Assembly: GCA_963729625.1 (NCBI GenBank)
Contig: CAVSOU010000011.1
Coordinates: 768,001-832,000 of the forward strand
Direction: 5' to 3'
DNA: 64,000 nt
From: an uncultured bacterium
GTDB lineage: Bacteria > Chloroflexota > UBA5177 > JANWHV01
The notes beneath the pieces are model-generated. The model ran no database searches, was not told where the DNA came from, and saw only the letters and a program-made list of their open reading frames with translations. Position 1 is the first letter of the stretch. Each line of letters begins with the position of its first letter. Of this stretch, positions 40,221-50,075 are shown one piece after another. Both the position numbers and the translations under genes were made by a program.

Positions 40221-41351
40221 TCAAAGGCCAAATTGCGGCACCTCAACGGCTGCTCCGCCGGCCAGAGCGGACTCATGCGCGCAGATTCCCGCGGCAGTCC
40301 AGTTGGCGGAGGTCACTGAGTCGACTGCAGGTCGACGTGACTCGACGATGCTGCGCACGAATTCGTGTACCAGGTGGGGATGCGATCCACCGTGCCCGCC
40401 GCCCTGAATGAATGAGAGGTGAGGCTCGGCGGCATTGTAAACGCCGCACTGCGTGAACCGCGCGATCTCGGATGGCAACAGGTCACCGCGGTCAGGAACG
40501 GCGATGCGCTCGACCTGTATTGGCCGGCCTCGCCCCGGCTGCAGGGCATCCATCGTGAAGAGGACCGGCTGCTCCTCCTCGATCTGCTGCCACTCAAATG
40601 AGCGCTTTTCGCCGTAAACGGAGAAGCACTCGGTGTAGGCGCGCGCGGTATGAAACAGCGTCCGGGTTACTTCCAGTGCCGCATTCGTACCCTCGAGCGC
40701 GAAGATCGCGGTTTCTGCCGGAAACGTATTGCCATACGGGCGATGAAGCTCCTCCCGCATCTCACCCGAGCCAAAGCAGTGCACGCGCCTGGCCCGCGCG
40801 CGGGCGAGGCAAAGCAGCGGCGAGATGGCATGCGTGGCATAGTGCATAGGTGGCAGCCCCATCCAGTAGCTTGGCCAGTTCTCCATGTCCTGGAAGTGAG
40901 CGCCGCGCAACAACTGTACGTTGCCGATTTCACCGCGGGTCATCAGGTCGTGCGCGAAGAGGAACTCGCGCGTGTAGACGGCCGTTTCCATCATCATGTA
41001 GTTCCGGTTGGCTTGTCGCTGCGCCGCCACGATGCGGTGCAGATCGGCAATGGACGTCGCCATGGGTACGGTGCAAGCACAGTGCATCCCTGCTTCCAGC
41101 ACGGCGATGGACTGCTCCGCATGGATCGGTATCGGCGTGACCAGGTGTATGGCGTCGAGGTCCTGATCGAGCATCTGGCCCAAGTCCTGGTATCGGCGTT
41201 CCAGCCGGTAGTGGTCGCCTAACGCGGCCAGAATACCGGCGTTGGGGTCGCAGATAGCCACGCTCTCTACGTCCGGGTGGGCCAGGTAAATCGGCACGAA
41301 CTCGGCGCCGAAACCCAACCCCACGACTCCAACACGAAGCTTCCTCGGCAT
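40221..41351 (-). CDS. Gfo/Idh/MocA family oxidoreductase
   Basis: VGVVGLGFG, HCACTVPM, PPMHYATH, GHGGSH. SD AAGGGG. Confidence 0.9.
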   Translation of the reverse strand: MPRKLRVGVVGLGFGAEFVPIYLAHPDVESVAICDPNAGILAALGDHYRLERRYQDLGQMLDQDLDAIHLVTPIPIHAEQSIAVLEAGMHCACTVPMATSIADLHRIVAAQRQANRNYMMMETAVYTREFLFAHDLMTRGEIGNVQLLRGAHFQDMENWPSYWMGLPPMHYATHAISPLLCLARARARRVHCFGSGEMREELHRPYGNTFPAETAIFALEGTNAALEVTRTLFHTARAYTECFSVYGEKRSFEWQQIEEEQPVLFTMDALQPGRGRPIQVERIAVPDRGDLLPSEIARFTQCGVYNAAEPHLSFIQGGGHGGSHPHLVHEFVRSIVESRRPAVDSVTSANWTAAGICAHESALAGGAAVEVPQFGL

Positions 41352-41792
41352 GTGGACCCCCTTCGTAGCCATGCGGCGCGCTGCCTGCGCCGGCAGTGGA
41401 AGCGCACCCCTGTGTGCGGCACGCCGTAAAGCACATGGCGGCCTTTTCTGACCGGAGCGACACGCGCTACGACTCCAGTTGAGTCTATACGAAACGCGCG
41501 CGCCTTTCTTGCCCAGACACCCGTTCGCGTTGACTGGTCCCTGGATGAAGCGATCTGGCGTAACGCCGGACTCGCGTTCCGCGCCTATGTGCGGCAGCGA
41601 AAAACGGAGATCGCCCGGGTACACGTGCGTCGTATTCTGGCTGATTTCGGCAGAGGGGCGCGCGCCGCGCAACGTCAGGCCACATTGCTCGCCTGGGACG
41701 AAGGCATCTACTGCGCCTATTTCCCCGGTCTGATCACAGTCACCTCATGCCGTGCCCCATGACGAGCCAAATAGAGATACAGCTCTTCCGTA

Positions 41793-42536
41793 CTACGGCT
41801 TCGCCGCCTGTATCGGTTGACTCACCGTATACCAGGAGCCAGTTGTAGGGTCGCGAGTCAGGCCGGGCGTTTCGGGGAAGTACGCGCCCTGCAAACTCGA
41901 TCGCGGTATCCACTTATTGCTGATAGTGTCGAACACAACATTGACAGAACCTGGCCCGGTGGCCATTTCATTGCCCGGAGAAGAGCTGTACAGCACCAAT
42001 GACCCGTCATTGTATTGCTGAAATTGAGCTGGCGTCAGCTGCGGTTCCATGGCGCCCAGCGTGCCGGCCGATTGGCTCGCGGTGCTGCTTGTGCCGCTCG
42101 CAACGAGCGGCAGCGACGAGGCAAGCGTCAGCTCGATTCCCTGGCTGGAAGCTGACTGCGTTGCCCCGGTCGTCGAGGGTGTTGTGCTCTGGCCCGTGTC
42201 GCATTCGATCGCCTGGGCAAGCGACTGCACGAGATCCTGGCCGTTGAAATGCTGCGCGGCATTGAAGCCGCTAGGCGGACCGTAGGTGTTGCCGTCAAAG
42301 GGAATGCCGCCTGCTCCGGTGCTGGCCGTGACATCCTGCGCGCTGCCAGAGATTAGCGCCTGCTCAAGGCTCTGCAGCGCGTCGGTAGAGATCTCCGCCG
42401 AATCGGTTGACTGCGAGTTGCCGGATTGACTGGGCCGCGCGCTTCCGGCTACCTGCGTGATTACCTGCTGCTGCAACTGTTGTACACGTGCCGAGACATC
42501 TGGGTAATTCAATCCGCCTATTCCTGAGGTACCCAC
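41793..42536 (-). CDS. Hypothetical Ser/Thr/Gln-rich protein
   Basis: 247-aa ORF with SD AAGGGAG. Low complexity, DSAEIS motif, internal QSL.QA repeat. Confidence 0.65.
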   Translation of the reverse strand: MGTSGIGGLNYPDVSARVQQLQQQVITQVAGSARPSQSGNSQSTDSAEISTDALQSLEQALISGSAQDVTASTGAGGIPFDGNTYGPPSGFNAAQHFNGQDLVQSLAQAIECDTGQSTTPSTTGATQSASSQGIELTLASSLPLVASGTSSTASQSAGTLGAMEPQLTPAQFQQYNDGSLVLYSSSPGNEMATGPGSVNVVFDTISNKWIPRSSLQGAYFPETPGLTRDPTTGSWYTVSQPIQAAKP

Positions 42537-42961
42537 TGGCGCTGACTCCCTTCGCTCGCGGCTACCCGGTTGCGGACACAGGATATGCCATACTGGGGAG
42601 CCACCTAGCTACAGTATCGCCACGTCCTGGCAATTATCGGTAACGACGGTCAGGGTCAATCGCGTCGCAGGGCTCGCCGCGGGCGCAGGGTTGATCGCAG
42701 GCGCGACGACCACGCTACAGGTTGATCCGGGCCAGGACAGCGCCGCGCGGAGTACATTAGGGAAGCAAGGCCGGTTGTGACTCTCATGGCAGGCAGCGTC
42801 GCCGTTTCTCGCCGAACGAAAGGATGATCCGGCGCGCGGCCAGTGCCCGCCGGTGTGGCCCGCAGAATAGCGTCGTGAAGGGCCTTGAGACCGTAGGCTA
42901 GTGAAGAAGCATAGACGGCACGCTCGTAGTGCGAGAGTCCCCTGTCCGAAAGAGAGCATCA

Positions 42962-43729
42962 ATGGCCATTGACCTGATCATCGAAGCCCGCGACCTCAAG
43001 AAGACCTACGTCACTGGCGCACTGAAGGTGCAGGCGTTGCGTGGCATCGATTTCGCCGTCCAGCGTGGCGAAATGGTGGCCATCATGGGGCCGAGCGGCT
43101 GCGGCAAGACAACCCTGCTCAACTGCCTCTCCGGTCTCGACGATTTCGACGAAGGCGAGGTCCGCATAGCAGGCAGTTTACTCAAGGACATGAGCGATAA
43201 CCAGAAGACCGATTATCGTGCCAGGAAGATGGGCTTCGTCTTCCAGGTCTACAACCTGCTCCCTGTCTTGAGCGCGGTGGAAAACGTGGAGCTGCCGCTT
43301 CTTGTGAGCGGCGTCCATCCCAGGGCGGCCCGGCAGCGGGCGCTGGCCGCGCTTGCCACCGTCGACCTGGAGAAGTGGGCCGGTCACCGCCCAGCCGAGC
43401 TCTCCGGCGGGCAACGCCAGCGCGTCACCGTCGCGCGCTCGCTTGTAAACGAGCCGGCAATTGTCTGGGCCGACGAGCCGACCGGCGCGCTCGATTCAGA
43501 GGCCTCCGGTGGCATCATGGACCTGATGTGCCACCTCAATAAAGCGAACGGCCAGACTTTCGTGGTGGTGACACATGCCCTGGAAGTCGGCGAGCGCGCA
43601 GACCGCATCGTCAGAATGCGCGACGGGCACATCGAGGATGCAGGCATGGGCCAGGGTGCGCATGGAATGACAGCCCTGCTGGACGATCATCGCGCTACCA
43701 CGCAGTCGCGAAGGGACGATGAGCGATGA
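42962..43729 (+). CDS. ABC ATP-binding protein (LolD/MacB-like)
   Basis: [35 protein letters not shown]. Confidence 0.93.
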   Translation: MAIDLIIEARDLKKTYVTGALKVQALRGIDFAVQRGEMVAIMGPSGCGKTTLLNCLSGLDDFDEGEVRIAGSLLKDMSDNQKTDYRARKMGFVFQVYNLLPVLSAVENVELPLLVSGVHPRAARQRALAALATVDLEKWAGHRPAELSGGQRQRVTVARSLVNEPAIVWADEPTGALDSEASGGIMDLMCHLNKANGQTFVVVTHALEVGERADRIVRMRDGHIEDAGMGQGAHGMTALLDDHRATTQSRRDDER

Positions 43730-46700
43730 ATTCGCTGTTCGGCCTCTCAATGGACACGATCATGGCCTGGTTGCTGGCCATCTTTCTCCTGATCACGTGC
43801 GTGCTGGTCGCGCTCGCGGTATTCAACCGCTTGTTCTTTACACTGGGGCTGCGGAACATCCCACGGCGGCGCGCGCAGACTGTCCTGATCATCGTCGGCC
43901 TGATGCTCAGCACAGTGATCGTCACCAGCGCGTTCAGCACCGGCGATACGGTCAGCTACACCATTCGGTCGGCGACAATCACGAATCTCGGCAATATCGA
44001 TGAGTCTGTCAGCGCGTCCGGCGCCCAGCTCGGTCGCCTCGGCGCGGGTGGTGGCCTGGTTGCCGCCATCTACCTGCCTGTGTCCGTGCAGCAGCGCATT
44101 CGTGCCGCGCTGGCAGGAAATGCCAGTGTTGATGGCGTCACAGGTGTGGTGGCGCGCAACATCCCGCTCCAGGACCTGACCTCGGGGCAGACCAAGAATC
44201 AGAATGTGCTGGCAGGTATTCCGAGCAACTATCCGGCGGCCTTTGGCCCATTGACCACTGTCGGCGGCACGCCGGTTACGCTGAGCCAGCTCGGCCCCGA
44301 CGAGGTGTACATCAACCAGCAGGCGGCCGATAATCTGAGCGCCCGGCCGGGCGACACGCTGCAGACCTTTGCCGGCAGTGGTGCCGTGCGTGTGACCGTC
44401 CGCTCAATACTCAGGAGCGAATATCTGGCGTCGGGCGGCCTGATGTCGAACGGTGAATCCGCCGACCCCACGGTGATGCTGCCACTGAACCGCCTCCAGT
44501 TGCTGCTCGGCCTGCCCGGGGCCGTGACCATGATGCTGATCTCGAACCGTGGCAACGATACCGGTGGGTATTCGCTCAGCGATGGCGTGACCGATCAGCT
44601 GCGAGCGCTGCTGGCCAACGACAGCGAGGTAGCCAAAGTGAAGTCGCTCCTGGCCGGAGCCGGAGGCAAGGCTGCGCTTGCCGCCTTGATTCACGACCAA
44701 TCCGGCAGTAGCAAGACCAAGCTCGAGCAGCTTCAGGCTCGGGTGGCCGCTCCAGGAATAAGCGACACGCTCCGCAGCCTGTTGAGCGACACGGCGGTCT
44801 CCGAACCCCTGATGTCGATGAAGGCGCCGGCGCGGATCAGCGCGCCGCTCAACGATGCGCTTGCCTCGATCAGCAACTATCACGTCGAGCCGCTCAAGAA
44901 GAATGGCCTTGACGCGGCGGATCTCTTTGGCAGCGTCTTCACCACCTTTTTCGTAGCCTTCAGCCTGTTTTCAATTGCCGCCGGCGTCATGCTGATCTTT
45001 CTCATCTTCACCATGCTCGCGGCGGAGCGTCGTCCGGAAATGGGCATGGCGCGGGCCGTGGGCACCAAGCGCCGGCACCTCATTCAGATGTTCCTTTTTG
45101 AGGGCTACGTCTATGATCTTGGCGCTGCCCTGGTTGGCCTGATCCTTGGCATCGGCGTGGGGCTCGGCATGGTCCGCATCATGGCGGCGTTGCTGGGCAG
45201 CGTTTCGAGCGATTTCACGCTCGTCGGCCACGTTGAGCCGCGCAGCCTGATCGTGTCCTTCTGCTTGGGCGCGCTGGTGACCTTTCTCACCGTGGCGTTT
45301 TCGTCGTACCGGGTCAGCCGTCTCAACGTCGTGGCCGCCATCCGCGACCTACCGGAAAGCTTTGGCGTCAAGACTGACGTCGGCCACGCGTGGCAGCAGA
45401 CAACACGGGAATTCGGCCTGATCTTCGCACGCAAGGAGCGTCTCCGGCTCATCCTGTGGGTGGTGGGCATCGTCGCGCTCGTCCTGCCACATCTGCGTGT
45501 CCTCGGCATCGTGTATCTCGTGCTGCGCCTGGCGTGGTACCTCAGGCACCTGTTCGGGGCATTCGTCAGTCGTGGATGGCTCTTCCTTCTGTTAGGTGTC
45601 CCCCTGGTTCCGGTCGGGATCAAGACCGGCCAGGAGATATTCTTCGGACTCGGCGGATCCTTTGTCGTCATCGGCGTTGCCATGCTGGTTCGCTGGATCT
45701 TGCACTTCCAGCACGTGGACGACGCGGTGCGGAATCGCATCGGCTATTCGCTGGCCGGTATCGGCCTGGTTGTTTACTGGCTGCTGCCGTTTGACTTCTG
45801 GAACCAGTTTGGCGTGCCTTCGCTCAACGCCGGCCCTGAGATGTTCTTTGTCGCCGGCATTCTACTGGTAATCGGCGCTGTGTGGACGGTCATGTACAAC
45901 GTCGACGTGATCCTGGGCGGTCTCCTTGCCGTGTTCGGCCGGTTCGGGCATTTGGCGCCCGTGATCAAGATGGCCGTCAGCTACCCGATGCAACACAAGT
46001 TCCGCACCGGCTTGACACTGGCCATGTTCAGCCTGGTGATCTTCACGCTCATGTTCATGTCGGCAATTGTGGGCAGCACCAGCAGCAGCCTGAGCAGTGA
46101 TCGCGACACCGGGGGCTACCAGATCTTTGGCGCCGCGAATCCGAACAATCCAATTCAGGGCGGCGTGCAGCACGGCATCAGCGCCAATCCTGCTTTGAAG
46201 GACATCACAGCGGCGGGAAGCATCGCCAAGGTCGATGTCGGACTGCGCCAGCCGGGAAAGCAGAACCAGAGCTGGCACCCCTACATTGCGAACATCCTGG
46301 ACGACGCGTACCTGGCGAGCACGAACTTTACCCTGCACTCCCGTGCCGATGGCTACGGCAGCGACGCTCAAGTCTGGCATACGCTGCGCACCAAGCCCGG
46401 GTATGCCGTGGTAGATGGCGGGCTTGTGCTGGACCAGCCAGGTGGCCAGAGTGACGGCTTCGCCATCGATGGCGCCTATTACGAGCACACGTCGTTCTCC
46501 CCGGTGACTATTCAGATGCGAAACACTACGACCGGCGCGATGCTCGCGCTCACGGTCATCGGTGTGCTCGATCAGCGCGCGGGAAACCTGCCCGCGTTGT
46601 CCGCCGGCGTGTACACGGGCGAAAACACCCTGACGGCCGGCGGCCAGCCGGCCGCGGAGCCGAACTTCTTCGTGTTTCGCGTTGGCGCCGGCGGCGATGT

Positions 46701-47202
46701 GCATGCCATCGCGCTGGCGCTGGGCAAAACCTTCTTGCAGAATGGGCTGGACGTCAAAGAATCGCAGAAACAGTTTGACAGTAATCAGGCAGTCTCGATC
46801 GGGCTGTTCGACCTGCTCGAGGGCTTCATGGGGCTGGGCTTGATCGTCGGAATTGCAGCCCTGGGCGTCGTCGCGACCAGGGCCGTGGTCGAGCGCCGCC
46901 AGGAAATCGGCATGATGCGGGCTATCGGGTTCCGGCGCGCAATGATTCGGACCACGTTCCTGCTGGAATCGAGCTTCGTGGCCATTCTTGGCACGCTGCT
47001 CGGCATCGGTTTGGGCCTGCGTGTGGCCCAGAATCTGATCGACGAGATCGCGAAGACCAATAGCAGTATTGCCTTCACGGTCCCCTGGCTGCAGATCGTG
47101 GCGATCGTGGCGATCGCGTATGTCGCCTCGCTCATCACGACCTACCTGCCGGCGTGGCAGGCCTCGCGCGTCTACCCGGCGGAAGCATTGCGCTACGAGT
47201 AA
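43726..47202 (+). CDS. Large duplicated FtsX/MacB-type ABC permease
   Basis: 1158 aa. Two ERR.E.GM.RA.G motifs and two large extracytoplasmic domains. ATGA overlap. Confidence 0.9.
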   Translation: MNSLFGLSMDTIMAWLLAIFLLITCVLVALAVFNRLFFTLGLRNIPRRRAQTVLIIVGLMLSTVIVTSAFSTGDTVSYTIRSATITNLGNIDESVSASGAQLGRLGAGGGLVAAIYLPVSVQQRIRAALAGNASVDGVTGVVARNIPLQDLTSGQTKNQNVLAGIPSNYPAAFGPLTTVGGTPVTLSQLGPDEVYINQQAADNLSARPGDTLQTFAGSGAVRVTVRSILRSEYLASGGLMSNGESADPTVMLPLNRLQLLLGLPGAVTMMLISNRGNDTGGYSLSDGVTDQLRALLANDSEVAKVKSLLAGAGGKAALAALIHDQSGSSKTKLEQLQARVAAPGISDTLRSLLSDTAVSEPLMSMKAPARISAPLNDALASISNYHVEPLKKNGLDAADLFGSVFTTFFVAFSLFSIAAGVMLIFLIFTMLAAERRPEMGMARAVGTKRRHLIQMFLFEGYVYDLGAALVGLILGIGVGLGMVRIMAALLGSVSSDFTLVGHVEPRSLIVSFCLGALVTFLTVAFSSYRVSRLNVVAAIRDLPESFGVKTDVGHAWQQTTREFGLIFARKERLRLILWVVGIVALVLPHLRVLGIVYLVLRLAWYLRHLFGAFVSRGWLFLLLGVPLVPVGIKTGQEIFFGLGGSFVVIGVAMLVRWILHFQHVDDAVRNRIGYSLAGIGLVVYWLLPFDFWNQFGVPSLNAGPEMFFVAGILLVIGAVWTVMYNVDVILGGLLAVFGRFGHLAPVIKMAVSYPMQHKFRTGLTLAMFSLVIFTLMFMSAIVGSTSSSLSSDRDTGGYQIFGAANPNNPIQGGVQHGISANPALKDITAAGSIAKVDVGLRQPGKQNQSWHPYIANILDDAYLASTNFTLHSRADGYGSDAQVWHTLRTKPGYAVVDGGLVLDQPGGQSDGFAIDGAYYEHTSFSPVTIQMRNTTTGAMLALTVIGVLDQRAGNLPALSAGVYTGENTLTAGGQPAAEPNFFVFRVGAGGDVHAIALALGKTFLQNGLDVKESQKQFDSNQAVSIGLFDLLEGFMGLGLIVGIAALGVVATRAVVERRQEIGMMRAIGFRRAMIRTTFLLESSFVAILGTLLGIGLGLRVAQNLIDEIAKTNSSIAFTVPWLQIVAIVAIAYVASLITTYLPAWQASRVYPAEALRYE

Positions 47203-47590
47203 GCGGCCCGCAGCGCTTTTCTGAACGTTCCAGCCCGACTGCAAGTGGAACGTGTACAGGTTCGTGCCGGGTGGTCCGCCATTCATGATCGCCAGCGCGA
47301 TAGTGTGGCGGATCTGTGCCATCAGCGTGTCGCTCGTCTTGTACAGGAACTGGCCATTCACGGGAATGCAGCCAGACCACCAGCCAGGCTACTTCGCGGT
47401 AGCAGCCCCACCAGCAGTGGTTGGCCCGATGCTGTCAGACGTGCCCGCCCGAAAATCCGGGTGCGACGGAACCGCTTGTCAAGTGAGGTACGATGATCTC
47501 AGCTGAGTACCGCTGGAACCATGCTCGTGATGCTCAGGCAGACGCTCAGTGAGCAGAACCACTTTGGGGCGCTGGACGAGGCAGCTTGCT

Positions 47591-48637
47591 ATGAGACCGT
47601 TCGCCGTGTTCGCGATTCTCGGCGCGCTGCTACTCAGCGGCTGCGGATCGTCGAATACCTCAAAGCCGGGGGCCGGAAGCGGTACCAACGTGTCGACCCT
47701 GGCAAGCGTGCCGTCCTGGCCCCTGCCTGGACTGTCGCCAAGCGTGACGGTCACGCGGCAGGACTTCGCAGCCGGGTTCGCGGGAGCGCTGCTCACGCAG
47801 ATCGAGCGGCAGGGGCGCTTCACGCGCAGCGCCGACCCAGCCCGGCCTCAAAGACTTGACCGGGGGGCGTTGCTGTCCGTGCAAGGTCTGTCGCCATCGG
47901 CCCACGTTCCCTTTTCCTCCAATGTGTTCCTTGGTCCCCTGGAATATGAGCCATCTGCCGTGTCTGGCTTGTCGCTGTCGTCCAAGCTCAATGCCGAGTT
48001 CGTGAAGCACTATTGCCTGCCCGCCAGGGGATCGGGCCGCTGCGCGAAGGTCGGTCGCGCCACGGGCATCATCGCCCTGCTCACGCCGGAATCGATTCGC
48101 AGCCAGGCACGCGGTTTCACCCGCGCGAGCGACACGGACTACGGTCACGCGTACGGAGGGGCAGTACTCATTCGGCCACCTGGATATCAGACCGGGAAGG
48201 GAACGACGCAAGCGGGGCATCAGCTGGGATACGAGCTTGGCGGTCCCGTGAAGGACGCAAGGAATTTCGTGACCCAGTTCGACCTGGCCAATGCTCCAGC
48301 CCAGAGCAGCCTCGAGAACGCGGTAAAGGATGAGCTGACGCCGTTCAGCACAAGCTCGGGTAAGTCCAGCGGCGTCACCGTGTTCCTTCGCGTGACGCCG
48401 ATGTATCGGGAATCGTGCGTCGTTCCATACGAAGTGCACTACGAAGCCGTTGGCTCCGATGGCTGGCAATTGCCACAAACGGCAGTGGGGTTGGCGGCAA
48501 AATGGCTCAGGTTCGAGCGCACAAATGACGGTATCACCGTCGCGATCATCCGCAACGCAGTACAGTCTGGGCACACATGGCTGGTGCCCGGCCAGGATCC
48601 GAAGGCGACCTGCGTTCCCAGCGGTTACTCGGGGTGA
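47591..48637 (+). CDS. Lipoprotein with DNA/RNA non-specific (beta-beta-alpha-Me, Endonuclea_NS_2-like) nuclease domain
   Basis: Lipobox LLLSG-C (Cys codon 47642). GRATG, AGHQLGYELGG, RNFVTQ....N...SLEN.V, RVTPMY. Alternative start GTG 47549. Confidence 0.75.
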   Translation: MRPFAVFAILGALLLSGCGSSNTSKPGAGSGTNVSTLASVPSWPLPGLSPSVTVTRQDFAAGFAGALLTQIERQGRFTRSADPARPQRLDRGALLSVQGLSPSAHVPFSSNVFLGPLEYEPSAVSGLSLSSKLNAEFVKHYCLPARGSGRCAKVGRATGIIALLTPESIRSQARGFTRASDTDYGHAYGGAVLIRPPGYQTGKGTTQAGHQLGYELGGPVKDARNFVTQFDLANAPAQSSLENAVKDELTPFSTSSGKSSGVTVFLRVTPMYRESCVVPYEVHYEAVGSDGWQLPQTAVGLAAKWLRFERTNDGITVAIIRNAVQSGHTWLVPGQDPKATCVPSGYSG

Positions 48638-48639
48638 TC

Positions 48640-49254
48640 ATGGCGCTCATGGATCTGCGGCAACGTCTTCAGCCGCCAGCTCGGCCAATGGACGCGGGTT
48701 CGCCGTCGGACTGGGCCGCCGCCGAGTCTGCGCTTGGAATCAGCTACCCGCGCGATTTTCAGGAGTTCATCGGCACGTACGGGAGCGGCGCCATCGACGG
48801 CATCATCAGCGTGATCAATCCGATGAGCGTCAGCTGGCGTGGTGCACCGGCGTTCGACACCTTGCCTCACGCGTTGGACGCCTTGCTTGCCGCGTTCAGC
48901 CCCTGTGGCAGCGCGCCCGAAGCGTGGCTATACGGGCTCGCGTCCACGCTGGCTGTCTGCAGCGGCTGGGAATCTCTCACGCTCGCCGGACGGAGCACGC
49001 CGATGCCGGTCCGGCTCTGGCCCGAGCTTCCGGGGCTGTACCCGTGGGGCCGTGGCGATGCCGGCCAGGCCCTGCTCTGGTGGACGGAAGGGATGCCTGA
49101 GCAGTGGCCCGTGGTCCTTGCCGATCCGTCGGAAGGGCTGCGCACGTACGGCATGGACATGACGAGCCTGCTGGCGGGGTGGCTTTCCGGATCCGTCGTG
49201 CTGGAGTATCTGCCGCGAGTCCACCGGCCGCGCTTCAGCCAGGAGGAGGCCTGA
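48640..49254 (+). CDS. SMI1/KNR4 (SUKH) family immunity-like protein
   Basis: DWAAAESALGISYPRDFQEFIGTYGSG, GLYPWG...G..LLW...PEQWPVV. Starts 2 nt after nuclease stop. No signal peptide. Confidence 0.8.
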   Translation: MALMDLRQRLQPPARPMDAGSPSDWAAAESALGISYPRDFQEFIGTYGSGAIDGIISVINPMSVSWRGAPAFDTLPHALDALLAAFSPCGSAPEAWLYGLASTLAVCSGWESLTLAGRSTPMPVRLWPELPGLYPWGRGDAGQALLWWTEGMPEQWPVVLADPSEGLRTYGMDMTSLLAGWLSGSVVLEYLPRVHRPRFSQEEA

Positions 49255-49328
49255 CGCCACGTTCCGATGGATACATACGGCACCGCGAAGGCCAGCCAGG
49301 ACGTGAAGCGCAATCTCGCACGGTGCAT

Positions 49329-49910
49329 CTACTTATTCCCCTCACGGACCGGGTTGGTGAGGCCGTGCCGAATGAGGCCGGTCAAACCGAGCTTCACGGA
49401 TTCGACGTCGGCGACTCCCTCGGAAATGGCCCAGTACGCCATGCCGTCGAGCAAAGTCGCCAGCATCGGCACATCGTACGGTCCATGGTCTGGGCGAAGA
49501 TATGGCTCTACAAGGGCCGCGATGCGCTGACTGAGCAGGTGGCGGCGCCGGCGCTGGAATTCCGGCGCCCCGCCGCTGTGCAGCACGGCGAGAAAGCCCG
49601 GCTCGTCGATCAGGATGTCAAACGCGGCGGAGATTACCGAGTGATCCCCTTCCGGAATGGCGACCGTGCGTGCCGCGACAACGACCGGCTCCAGGCGCGC
49701 CCACAACCGCTCCAGACCGTTGTCGAATAGGGCTTCCAGAATCGCCGACGTGGTGGCGAAGTACGTGTAGATCGTCGGCCGAGACGTCCCCAGCCGGGCC
49801 GCGATGTCGCCCATGGTAACCTGCTCGAAGCCTCGCTCGATAAACAACTGCTGCGCTGCCACAAGGATCTGCTGTCGCCTGTCACTCGCGCGCAAAACAC
49901 CGTCCTCCAT
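49329..49910 (-). CDS. TetR/AcrR family regulator
   Basis: RRQQILVAAQQLF.ERGFEQVTMGDIAARLGTSRPTIYTYF. Confidence 0.92.
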   Translation of the reverse strand: MEDGVLRASDRRQQILVAAQQLFIERGFEQVTMGDIAARLGTSRPTIYTYFATTSAILEALFDNGLERLWARLEPVVVAARTVAIPEGDHSVISAAFDILIDEPGFLAVLHSGGAPEFQRRRRHLLSQRIAALVEPYLRPDHGPYDVPMLATLLDGMAYWAISEGVADVESVKLGLTGLIRHGLTNPVREGNK

Positions 49911-49996
49911 CGGGCTTCTGGGGCCGTCTGAACACCTTCGGCCACTGCCAAAGCGCATCGGTACGCCACGGCGTCGTGGACAGATCGTAATCTCCT

Positions 49997-50048
49997 CATT
50001 GACAGATTGTCAATGTTTCGTATACTCAATTACTGACACAATGTCAGT
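49997..50048. promoter_or_regulatory. Tandem TetR operators and MMPL promoter
   Basis: CATTGACA-gat-TGTCAATG (49997-50015) and ACTGACA-caa-TGTCAGT (50032-50048). TTGACA-N16-TATACT (49999-50026). Confidence 0.7.
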
Positions 50049-50075
50049 TCATAACCGCTTCGAAGGAGCGCCACG

